From Scyliorhinus canicula (Eukaryota), in the NCBI RefSeq assembly GCF_902713615.1, contig NC_052158.1, forward strand, positions 64,819,791 to 64,883,790: a stretch of DNA of 64,000 nucleotides, in the 5' to 3' direction. Positions 48,725-59,656 of the stretch are shown here, piece by piece. Under the pieces are notes generated by a model. The model searched no databases. It was given only the letters and a program-made list of their open reading frames with translations, and was not told where the DNA came from. How positions within the stretch are numbered: the stretch's first letter is position 1; every line of letters begins with the position of its first letter. The translations under genes and the position numbers were made by a program.

Positions 48725-49500
48725 GGATTTGGATTTTGGATTTGGATTTGGATTTGTTTATTGTCACGTGTATGAGGTACAGTGAAAAGTATTTTTCTGC
48801 AAGCAGCTCAACAGATCATTCAGTACATGGAAGAAAAGGGAATTAAACAAAATTCAAGAAAATACAAGAAAATACATAATAGGGCAACACAAGATATACA
48901 ATGTAACTACATAAGCATTGGCATCGGTTGAAGCATACAGGGTGTGGTGTTAATGAGGTCAGTCAATAAGAGGGTCATTTAGGAGTCTGGTAACAGCGGG
49001 GAAGAAGCTGTTTTTGAGTCTGTTCGTGCGTGTTCTCAGACTTCTGTATCTCCTGCCCGATGGAAGAAGTTGGAAAAGTGAGTAAGCCGGGTGGGAGGGA
49101 TCCTTGATTATGCTGCCCGCTTTCCCCCGGCAGCGGGAGGTGTAGATGGAGTCAATGAATGGGAGGCAGGTTCGTGTGATGGACTGGACGGTATTCACGA
49201 CTCTCTGAAGTTCCTTGCGATCCTGGGCCGAGCAGTTGCCATACCAGGCTGTGATGCAGCCCGATAGGATGCTTTCTATAGTGCATCTGTAAAAGTTGGT
49301 AAGGGTTAATGTGGACATGCCGAATTTCCTTAGTTTCCTGAGGAAGTATAGGCACTGTTGAACTTTCTTGGTGATAGTGTCGACGTGAGTGGACCAGGAC
49401 AGATTTTTGGTGATGTGCACCCCAAGGAATTTGAAACTGCTCACCATCTCCACCTTGGCCCCGTTGATGCTGACAGGGGTGTGTACAGTGCTTTGCTTCG
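48725..49500 (-). mobile_element. Rex1/Babar-clade LINE, 3' fragment with (ATCCAA)n tail
   Basis: VEMVSSFKFLGVHIT.NLSWS...QCLYFLRKLRKF...FYRCTIESILSGCITAWYG...LPSGRRYRS...RLKNSFFP; tail gtgacaataaacaaatccaaatccaa. Confidence 0.9.
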
Positions 49501-49841
49501 TGGGGCATGAGAACGTTACACATGCTGACCCTTCAGTGCGGTGCTGAGAGAAGGCTGCATTGTCTTGCAGATGGAGCACAAACTTCTAAGAAACTTCTGC
49601 ACATTTGCATACAATACAATTACATTTGCAAGATAATTCCTTCGGCCGTGAAGAACTGCATAACAGAAGAATTGACCAATTTACTACCTCTTCCTTTCCT
49701 TCCTTCTTGTCTTCTTGTAGATGCCTCAACGCCCCTCTGGAAAATTAAGGCATTCTATCAAACTGCTGCAGCAACACAACCCAGATTATTGCAGTTGAGG
49801 AAGGAAGTTGATCATTGCTTCCAGTAAACCATTCACTGGAT

Positions 49842-50072
49842 TAGAATCATAGAATCCATATGGTGCAGAAGGAGGCCATTTGGCCCATCGAGTCTGCACC
49901 AGCCCTTGGATAGAGCACCCTACTTAAGCCCACACCTCCATCCTATCCCTGCAATCTAATAACCCTACCTAACCTTTTGGACACTAGGGAACAATTTAGC
50001 ATGGCCAATCCACCTAAGGTGCACATCTTTGAACTGTCGGAGGAAACCAGATCACCCAGAGGAAACCCACGC
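49842..50072 (-). mobile_element. HE1-like SINE, 5'-truncated
   Basis: CR1-type tail and V-domain in reverse. Confidence 0.8.
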
Positions 50073-50575
50073 ATGATTGTGAGAGTGTGGGTGAGTGTGT
50101 ATTTGCCACAGAGTGTGTCAGAGCGTGTATTTGCCACAGAGTGTGTCAGAGTGTGTATTTGTCAGTGAGTGTGTTTATCAGTGTGTCAGAGTGTGTGTCA
50201 GTGTGTTTGTCAGAGTGTGGTTGTGAGTGTGTTTGTCAGTGTGTGAGAGCGTGAGTGTGTGTCAGTGTGTTTGTTAGAGAGTGTGTGTGTGATAGTGAGT
50301 GTGTTTGTCAGTGCGTGAGCGCGTGAGTGTGTGCCTGTGTTTGACAGAGTGTGTGTGATTGTGAGTGTTTTTGTCAGTGTGTGAGCGCGTGAGTGTGTGT
50401 CTGTGTTTGACAGTGTGTGTGTGATTGTGAGTGTGTTTGTCAGTGTGTGAGAGCGTGAGTCTGTGTTTGACAGAGAGTGTGTGTGATTGTGAGTGTTTTT
50501 GTCAGTGTGTGTGTGCGTTTGTCAGACAGTGTGTGTGAGTGAATGTATGTATTTGTCAGAGTGTCAGTGTGTTTG
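50073..50575. repeat. GT-rich compound minisatellite (units such as gtgtttgtcagagt); further pieces at about 53840-53922, 54616-54719 and 55042-55070
   Basis: Low-complexity (GT)n/gtcaga repeats. Confidence 0.9.
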
Positions 50576-50797
50576 TGTAATGACTTACGCCAGGCCTTTG
50601 AGATTGACCAATTAGAATATGAGTTCCCTGATCAGTGGCCCAATCAGGGAACCCCTTTCTGTGTATATAATGGAGTGTCAGATCCTCTGCACTCTCGGTG
50701 TAGACAGCAAGCTGAATGGTCATGGTTGTTCAGCTGTTGGGTTTGTAAATAAAAGGAATTCTGGTGATGGGACTTGTGCCTCCGTGGACTTATTACA
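50576..50797 (+). mobile_element. Solo LTR (222 bp) with 5-bp TSD
   Basis: Termini TGTAAT...ATTACA (perfect inverted). TSD gtttg at 50571-50575 and 50798-50802. Internal CCAAT, TATATAA and AATAAA in promoter order. Confidence 0.88.
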
Positions 50798-50976
50798 GTT
50801 TGTCAGAGTGTAGGATTGCTGTTATCGTGCGGGGCACAGTGGTTGCTGAGTGAGTGCTTGCTAAGGGGAGTACATTTTCAAAAACTTACTGTTGGCGGTT
50901 TCCAGCTGAATCTGATCGGAGTGAGGACAGAGTGACTGCTGGGTAAGTAGTTAAGATTTAAATTGTTTGCGCGGGC

Positions 50977-51213
50977 TGTGGTAGTCACCACTGTTGTATT
51001 ATATTGTATATATGGGTAGTACGGTAAGGCCCCTGTACTACAGGTACGGGGGTAGATCCCTGTCTGCTGGCTCCGCCCATTAGGCGGAGAATAAATGTGT
51101 GTGCTCCCTGTACAGCAGCCATTTCGCCAGCTGCTGTAGGAGGCCACACATCTCTGTGTAATAAAGCCTCGATTACATTCTACTCTCATCTCATCATAAT
51201 TGATAGTGCATCA
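50977..51213 (+). mobile_element. 5' LTR of a Gypsy-like retrotransposon (start may be 50977 or 50992)
   Basis: TG...gtgcatCA; TATA-like near 51090, AATAAA at 51160-51165; immediately followed by a gag-like ORF. Confidence 0.75.
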
Positions 51214-51239
51214 ATTTATTACACAGAGATTTTTCAGAG

Positions 51240-51725
51240 ATGGACCTCCGCATCAAGCCGGATCATCTGAAGCTGCATCCTTAAGCAGACAATGTCAAAA
51301 AGGACTTCGAACATTGGCTAACTTGCTTTGAAGCGTACATTGGGTCTGCACCAGACCCAATCTCAGAACCTTCAGATTCTGTACACGCGGCTGAGCTCCA
51401 ACGTTTTTCCCCTCGTCCAGGATACGCCTACCTACGCAGAGGCCATGGCGCTACTAAAGGAGAATTACGCTCAGCAGACCAACAAGATCTACGCTAGGCA
51501 CCTCCTGTCCATGCGGCACCAACTTCCCAGTGAGTCTGTGAAAGATTTCTGGCGTGGTCTGCTCGCACTGGTGAGAGACTGGGACTGCCAGGGCGTTTCG
51601 GCCACTGAACATTCAAACCTGCTAATGAGAGACGCGTTCGGACATAGGGTCCGACTACATCCAGCAACGCCTCTGACAAGGGGCCATGCTTAACCTCGCG
51701 GCGACCAAGAAACTAGCGCTCTCGC
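51240..51725 (+). pseudogene. Gypsy-like gag N-terminal remnant (stop + frameshift), truncated by CR1 sequence
   Basis: MDLRIKPDHLKLHP*...FEHWLTCFEAYI...LQILYTRL...AMALLKENYAQQTNKIYARHLLSMRHQLPSES...LMRDAF resembles a retrotransposon gag capsid. Confidence 0.65.
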
Positions 51726-53840
51726 TCACGCAATGGAGAGGGCCATACGGCAGGGCAAGGTTTATAATTGGGGGAGGGGTAATTATGGTGCGATTAGGGA
51801 GCATAAGATGGGAACAGAAACTGTCAGGGAAAGGCACAAATGAAAAGTGGAGCTTGTTCAAGGAACAAATACTGTGTGTCCTTGATAGGTATGTCCCTGT
51901 CAGGCAGGGAGGAAATGGCCATGTGAGGGAACTGTGGTTCACAAGAGGTTGAATGTCTTGTCAAGAGGAAAAAGGAAGAGTATGTAAGGATGAGAAAACA
52001 AGGTTCAGTTGGGTCGCATGAGGGGGCATGAGAAGTCCTTGGCGGGTCGGATCAAGGAAAACCCCAAAGCTTTTTGCTCTTATGTGAGAAATAAAAGAAT
52101 GACCAGGGTGAGATTAGGGCCGTTCAAGGACAGTAATGGGAACTTGTGCATGGAGTCAGAAGAGATAAGAGAGGCATTGAATGAATACTTTTCTTCAGCG
52201 TTCACCAAGGAGAGGGGCTATGTTTTTGAGGATGAGAGTGTGATACAGGCGGGTAAGCTAGAGGAGGTAGATGTTCTGAGGAAGGATGTATTAGCAATTT
52301 TGAAAAATCTTATAGAGTCGACAAGTCCCCTGGGCCCGATGGGATATATCCTCAGATTCTTTGGGAGGCAAGGGATGATATTGCAGAGCCTCTGGCTTTG
52401 ATCTTGGGGTCCTGATTGTACACAGGGATAATGCCAGAGGACAGGAGAGTGGCGAATGTTGTTCCTCTGTTCAAGAAAGGGAATAGGAATGACCCTGGTA
52501 ATTATAGGCCGGTTAGTCTTACTTCGGTGGTCGATAAGTTAATGGAAATGATCCTGAACTATAGGATTTATGACCATTTGGAAAGATGCAGCTTAATCCG
52601 GGGTAGTCAACACGGATTTGGAAAGGGTAAGTCTTGCCTCACAAATTTGATTGAATTCTTTGACGAAGTTACTAGGTGTGTAGATGAAGGTAGAGCATTT
52701 GATGTCGTATACATGGATTTTAGTAAGGCGTTTGATAAAGTTTCCCACGGTCGGCTCATGAAGAAAGTAAGGAGGTGTGGGATAGAGTGAAATTTGGCCA
52801 ATTGGATAAGTAACTGGCTATCACATAGAAGACAGAGGGTGGTGATGGATGGAAAATTTTCAGATTGGAGACAAGTTACCAGCGGTGAATCATAGGGATC
52901 AGTGCTGGGTCCTCTGCTATTTGCGATTTTTATCAATGACTTGGAGGAGGGGGCTGAAGGGTGGGTCAGTAAATTTGCTGATGACACCAAGATTGGTGGA
53001 GTAGTGGATGAGGTGGAGGGCTGTTGTAGGCTGCAAAGAGACATTGATAGGATGCAGAGCTGGGCCGAAAAATGGCAGATGGAGTTTAACCCTGATAAGT
53101 GCGAGGTGATTCATTTTGGTAGGAAAAATCTGAATGCGGATTACAGGGTCAACGGCAGGGTTCTGAGGAATGTGGAGGAACAGAGAGATCTTGCGGTTCA
53201 TGTCCACAGATCTCTGAACGTTGCCATTCAAGTGGATAGAGCCATGAAGAAGGCCGATAGTGTGTTAGCGTTTATTAACAGGGGGCTTGAGTTTAAGAGC
53301 TGTGGGGTTATGCTGCAACTGTACATGACCCTGGTAAAACCACATTTGGAGTATTATGTGCAGTTCTGGTCACCTCACTATAGGAAGGATGTGGAAGCAT
53401 TGGAAAGGGGATTTACCAGGATGCTGCCTGGATTGGAGGGTAGGTCTTATGAGGAAAGCTGGAGGGAGCTCAGGCTTTTCTCTTTGAAGCGGAGGAGGAT
53501 GAGACGCGACTTAATAGAGGTTTATAAGATGGTGAGGGGGATAGATAGAGTGGACGTTCAGAGACTATTTCCTCGGGTAGATGTAGCTGTTACAAGGGGG
53601 CATTACTATAAGGTTCAGGGTGGGAGATATTGGAGGGATGTCCGAGGTGGGTTCTTTACTCAGAGTGGTTAGGGTTTGGAATGGACTGCCTGCTGTGATA
53701 GTGGAGTCGGACACTTTAGGAACTTTCAAGCTGTTATTGGATACACCAGAATGAGAGGGAGTGGGATAACTTGATCTTGGTTCGAACAAGGCTCAGCACA
53801 ACATCGAGGGCCGAAGGGCCTGTTCTGTACTGTTCTATGT
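51726..53840 (+). mobile_element. CR1 LINE, ORF2 (end of EN, RT, C-terminus) and 3' tail; a possible 5' UTR piece at 50811-50976
   Basis: PLFKKGNR..PGNYRPVSLTS, QHGF, DFSKAFD, LGPLLF..FINDL, KFADDTK, LVKPHLEY; tail gggccgaagggcctgttctgtactgttctatgtt. Confidence 0.92.
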
Positions 53841-53922
53841 TTGTTTGCGTATGTTTGTCAGAGACTGTCAAAGTGTGTGTGAGTGTATGTTTGTCAGTGT
53901 GTGAGTATATCTCCAAGTGTGT

Positions 53923-54615
53923 GGGCGAAATTCTCCCATCGGGAGACTAAGTGCCGACGCCGGAGTGAAAACAGGAGTGTTTCACTCCGGCGTCGGAGGC
54001 CTTAGGGGGCTCCTTGCCCCCTATTCTCCCACTCCCAGGGGACTAGGAGCGGCGCCGCGTCAATTACGCGCACCGGGCCTTGGCGCCGTGTCAAAGCGGC
54101 GCCACGTAAATTACGCGGCCGGCGGCGCGTACATGACGTCACCCGCGCATGCGCGGTTGCCGTCCTAACCGCGGGCGCCCCGCAAGACATGGAGGATTGA
54201 TCTTGCGGGTCGGCGGAGGAAGAGTGCGTCCTTTAGAGACACCGGTCCGCCAATCGGTGGGCACCGATCGCGGACCAGACCCCTACTGAGCACCCCCCTG
54301 GTGCTCGATTTCCCCCCCCACACACAGGCCGCACACTAAACATTCGCGCGCTGTTCACGCCGGTAGCGACCAGGTTAGGTTGGCGCCGGCATGAACCCGT
54401 CGGATTCGGCAGGCCGCTCGGTCCATCCGGGCTGGAGAGTTGCCGCTCGACCGTTCGAAGCGGCGATTCTCCAAGTGGCCTGTCGTGAAACGCGGCACAC
54501 CATTTTGGGGGGGGGGGGTGGGAGAATCACGTGCGGGTGCCAGGGCGGCATGGCGGGAATCGCCCTGCACTCCCGCGATTCTCCCACCCAGTGTGGGGGT
54601 CGGAGAATTGCACCC
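53923..54615. mobile_element. Non-autonomous DNA transposon (MITE), possibly PIF/Harbinger-type
   Basis: TIR GGGCGAAATTCTCC / GGAGAATTGCACCC (12/14), no ORF, CpG-rich. TSD ambiguous within the GT repeat (tgt fits). Confidence 0.7.
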
Positions 54616-54719
54616 TGTGTGTCAGTATGTCAGGTTGTTTGTGTGTTTGAGTGTGTTTGTCAGAGTGCGTGAGTGAGTGTGTGTTTGTCAGAGTGTGTGT
54701 GTGTGAGATTGTGGGTGTG

Positions 54720-55041
54720 TGTTCATGTATATCAATACTAGATGAGTAGTCTTGTAAATGGCTGCATCTCGCGGCATTCTGGGAGAAGCTGAGAAGTTTA
54801 TGTAGAAGGATATTGTGAAGTTGTGTTAGAGTGTAGGTTACTGTATCATAGATTCAATACTATTATTTTGTTAACTGTTACTCAGTAGAGTATGCAAACC
54901 ATTTCAAGTAGTGGAAAATCATAACATGCGGTAGCGTGTAGTAGTGTAAAATCAACTAGTTTTGATTTAAACATATAGCTTTATGTTCTTTGTCAACACT
55001 ACGACTTTGACTATCTTGGAGAACAATACAAGGAACATAAC
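54720..55041. mobile_element. Probable second solo LTR in the GT minisatellite
   Basis: Imperfect termini TGTT(C)ATG...CATAAC, flanked by gtgtg/gtgtg; unique AT-rich interior. Confidence 0.45.
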
Positions 55042-55204
55042 GTGTGAGTTTGTCAGAGTGTGTGTGTGTCGAGGGAAATAATTACGTGGTGATATTCCGA
55101 AGGGTGATCAATGGTTTGGATCTGAACTCCAAGAAGGAATAAACAATGTCAACAGATAAACCCGAGGAGTAAAAAGTGGCAGAAAGAGACTGAAAACAAT
55201 TGAG

Positions 55205-55533
55205 TCATAGAATTATACAATTTACAGTGCAGAAGCAGGCCATTCAGCCCATCGAGTCTGCGCCAGCCCTTGGAAAGAGCACCCTACCTAAGCCCAGACC
55301 TCCACCTTATCTCAGTAACCCCACCTAACCTCTAAGGGCAATTTAGTATGGTCAATCCACCTAAGCTGCACATCTTTGGACTGTGGGAGGAAACCAGAGC
55401 ACCCGGAGGAAACCCACGCACACACGGGGGAAAATTGCAAACTCTACACAGACGGTGACCCAAGCCGGGAATCAAACCTGGGACCCTAGAGCTGTGATGG
55501 AACTGTGCTAACCACTGTGCTACCGTGCCGCCC
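55205..55533 (-). mobile_element. HE1-like V-SINE, full length
   Basis: Reverse head, V-domain, CR1-type tail. Confidence 0.85.
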
Positions 55534-56759
55534 ACAATCGGTTACAATTCTTGGAGCAAAATGTTTGTTTGGGTAATCATCACAGTGAGCTCCGCACATC
55601 CCGTCAATGTGATCATTGCAGAGTCCCAGAAATCCCAAAACATCTTGCTGCAATTAAGGTGAGTATTTGTGTTGCATTTTCAGATGTGGCAATGAGTTTG
55701 AAAGAATAGTCATTCCCAGAAGGTAATTGGTTCGGCACTGATATGAGGGGTGGACAGTCATTCTGAGGCTTACTTTTACCCCTGGGCTAGTGCAGAAACA
55801 GCAGCAGCAGCAGCTTTAATAGGAAGTGCAGCCTGAACAACCTGGGGAGTACACGGTCAAAGAGCTACAGGCTCAGTCCACTGGCACTGGCCAATCAGCA
55901 CAAACATTTTGTTGTGACAGAGTGATTATCATTACAAACCATCTCTATTCTCATACAGCTCGGGGTTGGGAAATAAACATCATTTTCCATTTTAATCTCA
56001 CAATTGTACTCCTACTGTCTGCTGTAACATTCACTGACTCCTTCAATGATAATCAGTGTCTTATAAATCTCCTATCAGTACTTCTGAACCCTTTGGAATG
56101 AATATTATCAGGCCAAGGAGATTTATTTAATTTAAACCCTTTCAGCTGCTCTAAGAATCCCACCTCACTCGTATCAAAGTTGCACCCTGAGGTGTCCTTT
56201 TTTAAGGTAGTCGGTGTTGCTCACGTCTTTTATACTTTTCCTTATACTTACCCTGCCCTCTAGATCCCTCATTGAGCTGATGTGCGTGATCCAGAATTCC
56301 TTCCTCAGTTATCATGGACGTAAACTTAACTGAATGGGAATAAAGACAGGGAAAAGCTGACCCCGCATTCTGAAATTGTTTACCCCCCACCGCTTGCTGG
56401 CATGATCTGGCAGCTATTTCTGCAGAATCATTGATCACTTGAGGAGAAATGTGTCACTTGTCTCCATTTTGTCCTAACATTCTTAAACACTTCACAATGC
56501 TCCTTTCTGGTGACGCTGTGGCTTCTCTTTATTTGGCCATTGTATCCTCCCCCTCCCACCCCACCCCTGCCAACTATCTTCATTCCACCATTGATCTCCA
56601 CAACCTTCAGAAACTCATAAATAAATGGGCATGCCAATTAAGGCCAAGAGAAAATTAATTTTCAGGTATTATAACATTGCCCACTGTTGTGCAAATCTAG
56701 GAGCCCTCCAAGTCAAGTTTTGCATTGAGGATTACAGAACGGTGATACAATAAATTTAT

Positions 56760-57055
56760 GGGCAACATTGTGACACAGTGGTTAGCAATGCTGTCTCAGC
56801 ACCAGGGACCTGGGTTCAATTCCAGCCTTGAGTGACTGTCTGTGTGGAGTTTGCACTTTCTCCCCGTGTTTCCTCCCACAGCCCAAAGATGTTCAAGTTA
56901 GGTGAATTGGCTATGCTAAATTGCCCGAGTGTCCAAAAATGTTAACTGCGTTACGGGAATGGGATGGGTGTGGGCTTGAGTGGGGTGCTCTTTCCAGGGG
57001 CTGGTGCAAATTTGAGGGGCCAAATGGCCTCCTTCTGCACTGTTCAAGTCTATGA
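56760..57055 (+). mobile_element. HE1-like V-SINE
   Basis: Head, V-domain, CR1-type tail. Confidence 0.8.
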
Positions 57056-57416
57056 TTCCATGATCTTGTTCCAGCCTCTTTCTCCCACTGTATAAAGTGC
57101 ATTATATTTCCCTCTCTTAGCTCTGCTGGAGAGTCAGATGGAATTTAAACGTTAACTCTTTTTCTCTCTACTGATGCTGGCCAGAGCTGCTGTGTTTTCC
57201 CAGCACTTTGTTTCTATTTAGGAAAATAGATCAGTCAACTTGATAACAGGACACTTGAAAGATCATGACAGGACAGTGTTGACTTGGATTTGTGAAAGGG
57301 AAATAGTGAGACACAAATTTTGGAGCTAGCAGGGTGCACAAGATGGGAATCCTTCACGTTTGTCTCAGTCCACCGTCGTGTCAGAAATAGTAACGTATCT
57401 TTTGTGTTACTCTCTA

Positions 57417-57590
57417 CTAAGGGCAATTTATCATGGCCAATCCACCTAACCTGCATGTGTTTGGACTGTAGGAGGAAACCCACGCAGACACAGGGAGAAC
57501 GTGCAGACTCCACAGTGACCCAGCCAGGAATCGAACCTGGGACCCTGGAGTTGTGAAGCACAGTGCTAACCACTGTGCTATTGTGCTGCC
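57417..57590 (-). mobile_element. V-SINE head + V-domain
   Basis: Reverse A/B boxes. Confidence 0.75.
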
Positions 57591-57909
57591 TGCATGTCTC
57601 TGCTGCATGAAAACAATGGCTTGCTGTGAGCCGAAAGGCAAATATACTTATTTTTTGGAACTGTCGAACAAAGGTCCTCACTGACGTCCCAATAAATCTC
57701 CACTGGTGAACAAGAGAAACTAGGATTGCTGAAAACACCAAGAGTTTTGATTTGGAGCTGTTTATTGCACCAGAAAGACTCCATTAATCCCAAGAGCAAC
57801 TCGATGTCATTGGCAGTGCTCTATGTTTCTCTGATAAACATGACGGGAGCAAAAGGTTAGGGTTAGAAAGGGAAATTCCTGGCGATTAATGTTTTACGAT
57901 ACAGGTTGA

Positions 57910-58468
57910 TTTTTTAAAATTTAGAGTACCCAATTATAGAATTAAATAATTTACAATGTAGAAGGAGGCCATTTGGCCCATCGAGTCTGCACCGGCCCTT
58001 AGGAAAGAGCACCCCACCCAAGCCCACACGTTCACCCTATCCCCATAACCCAGCAACTCCATCTAACATTTTTTTGACACCAAGTGCAATTTATCAACGC
58101 TAATCCATCTAACCTGCACATCTTTGGACTGTGGGAGGAAACCGGAGCACCCGGAGGAAACCCATGCAGACAGGGGGAGAACGTGGACTCCACAGACAGT
58201 GACCCAAGCCGGGAATCGAACCCGGGTCCCTGGAGTGGTGAAGCAACTGTGCTAACCACTGTGCTGCCCAAATAGTTTTGTTTTCTGATTAAGGGGCAAT
58301 TTAGTGTGGCCAGTTCACCTCCCCTGCAGATCTTTTTGGGTTTTGTGGGGGTGAGACCCACGCAGACACAAAGAGAATGTGCCAACTCCACACTGACAGT
58401 GACCTGGGGCTGGAATCAAACCGAGTCCTCAGCACTGTGAAGCAGTGGTGTTAACCACTGCACCACCC
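57910..58468 (-). mobile_element. A-tailed V-SINE (57910-57936 + 58270-58468) with a nested HE1-like SINE (57937-58269)
   Basis: The host tail ttttaaaatttagagtacccaatt is separated from its body by a complete CR1-tailed copy. Confidence 0.78.
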
Positions 58469-59650
58469 CAGAGTACAGGTTGACTATCCTTTATTCAAAT
58501 GCTCCGCATTTCGAGAGCCGAAATCATGTTTCTAGTCAAAAAAATAACAGTGTTCACTCAAGATCTGCTAGGTATGCTACATTTCGCAACTATACCTATA
58601 TATTCCAAAAATTACGGAATCCAAGACACGCTAGGCCCCAAGCATTTTGAATAAGGGATGCTGAACCTGTATTTCATATGGAAATCTGTTAAATTAGACA
58701 CGATTATACTCCGATCTCTCTCTGCAGTTGAATTGTCATTCCGTCTGATGTGTCCTGTTCTGTAGCCACTGTGTGGCATAGATCTTTCCCAAGCTCACTC
58801 TGACCATGTTAGTCATAAAAGTTAAGGTGTTATGTTAGGGTCACTCGTAACTTCTATCACATTCATTTTCTCGGTCTCTGTCATTTTCTCTCCCTGTTCT
58901 TATTAGCACTCTTTTCCTCTTGTCTTTTCATTGTTCCCAGAGCAGAGGAAAGAAGCCACTGCCAAGGTTCAACTTGCTTCATAGGTGCCAAGACACCCAG
59001 ATATAGTTGGCAGGCACATTGCAGTGTCTCTTCAACAGGAAAGACGAGAACAACATTGAGAGACCCGGTTGAAAGATAGGCTGGCGTAAGACCAGAGCCA
59101 CAAGTTCCCCACAGCAAAGGCGTGTGTGTCAGTCAGCAACTGGAAATAACTCAGTTTTTCTCAACAGATGCTGCCTGACCTGCTGAGTATTTCCAGTTCC
59201 TTTCAGATTTCCAGCATCCACAGCATTTGTGCTTTTCAATGAGCAAACATTTGGACATTTGCATCAGAGGTTCCAACTATTTTGATATTAAATTAAAGAG
59301 ACAGTTCCAAATGGTAATGGCCATAAACAAAAGAAAAATCACAAAGGAAACTTAAACAATCAAATTGAAATGTGATTAAAAGCACCCAAGCCCCTGGAGT
59401 GCCCAAAATGTATGGAAGGACAGTGACTAAGGCAATTAGACTTTACCCTTTTGATTTTTTTTTTCTTGCGTCCCATATTTTTATGCTCTCTAATCTAAAC
59501 TGGAACAGATTTTTAAAGATGTAAATAAGCTGCAAAAAGATTACACAACTTTAGCCCATTCCTTCTGTTCTTCAACCGAGGTATTTCACTAAAAGGGCAG
59601 CTTAAAAAGTACACTTTAAGAAGCTCCTGTTTAAAAAGCAAACTATAAAT

Positions 59651-59656
59651 TTTATT
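59651..59656 (-). terminator. Candidate distal UBXN7 polyadenylation signal (others at 60107-60112 and 62175-62180)
   Basis: AATAAA on minus at the end of a roughly 2.8-kb AU-rich, SINE/LINE-free stretch downstream of the UBXN7 stop. Confidence 0.4.

Noticed and set aside
58941-59086. Plus-strand exon-like segment (long pyrimidine tract, cccag acceptor, gtaaga donor)
   Set aside because: Stops in all three frames and no supporting partner exon; a lncRNA exon cannot be supported from sequence alone
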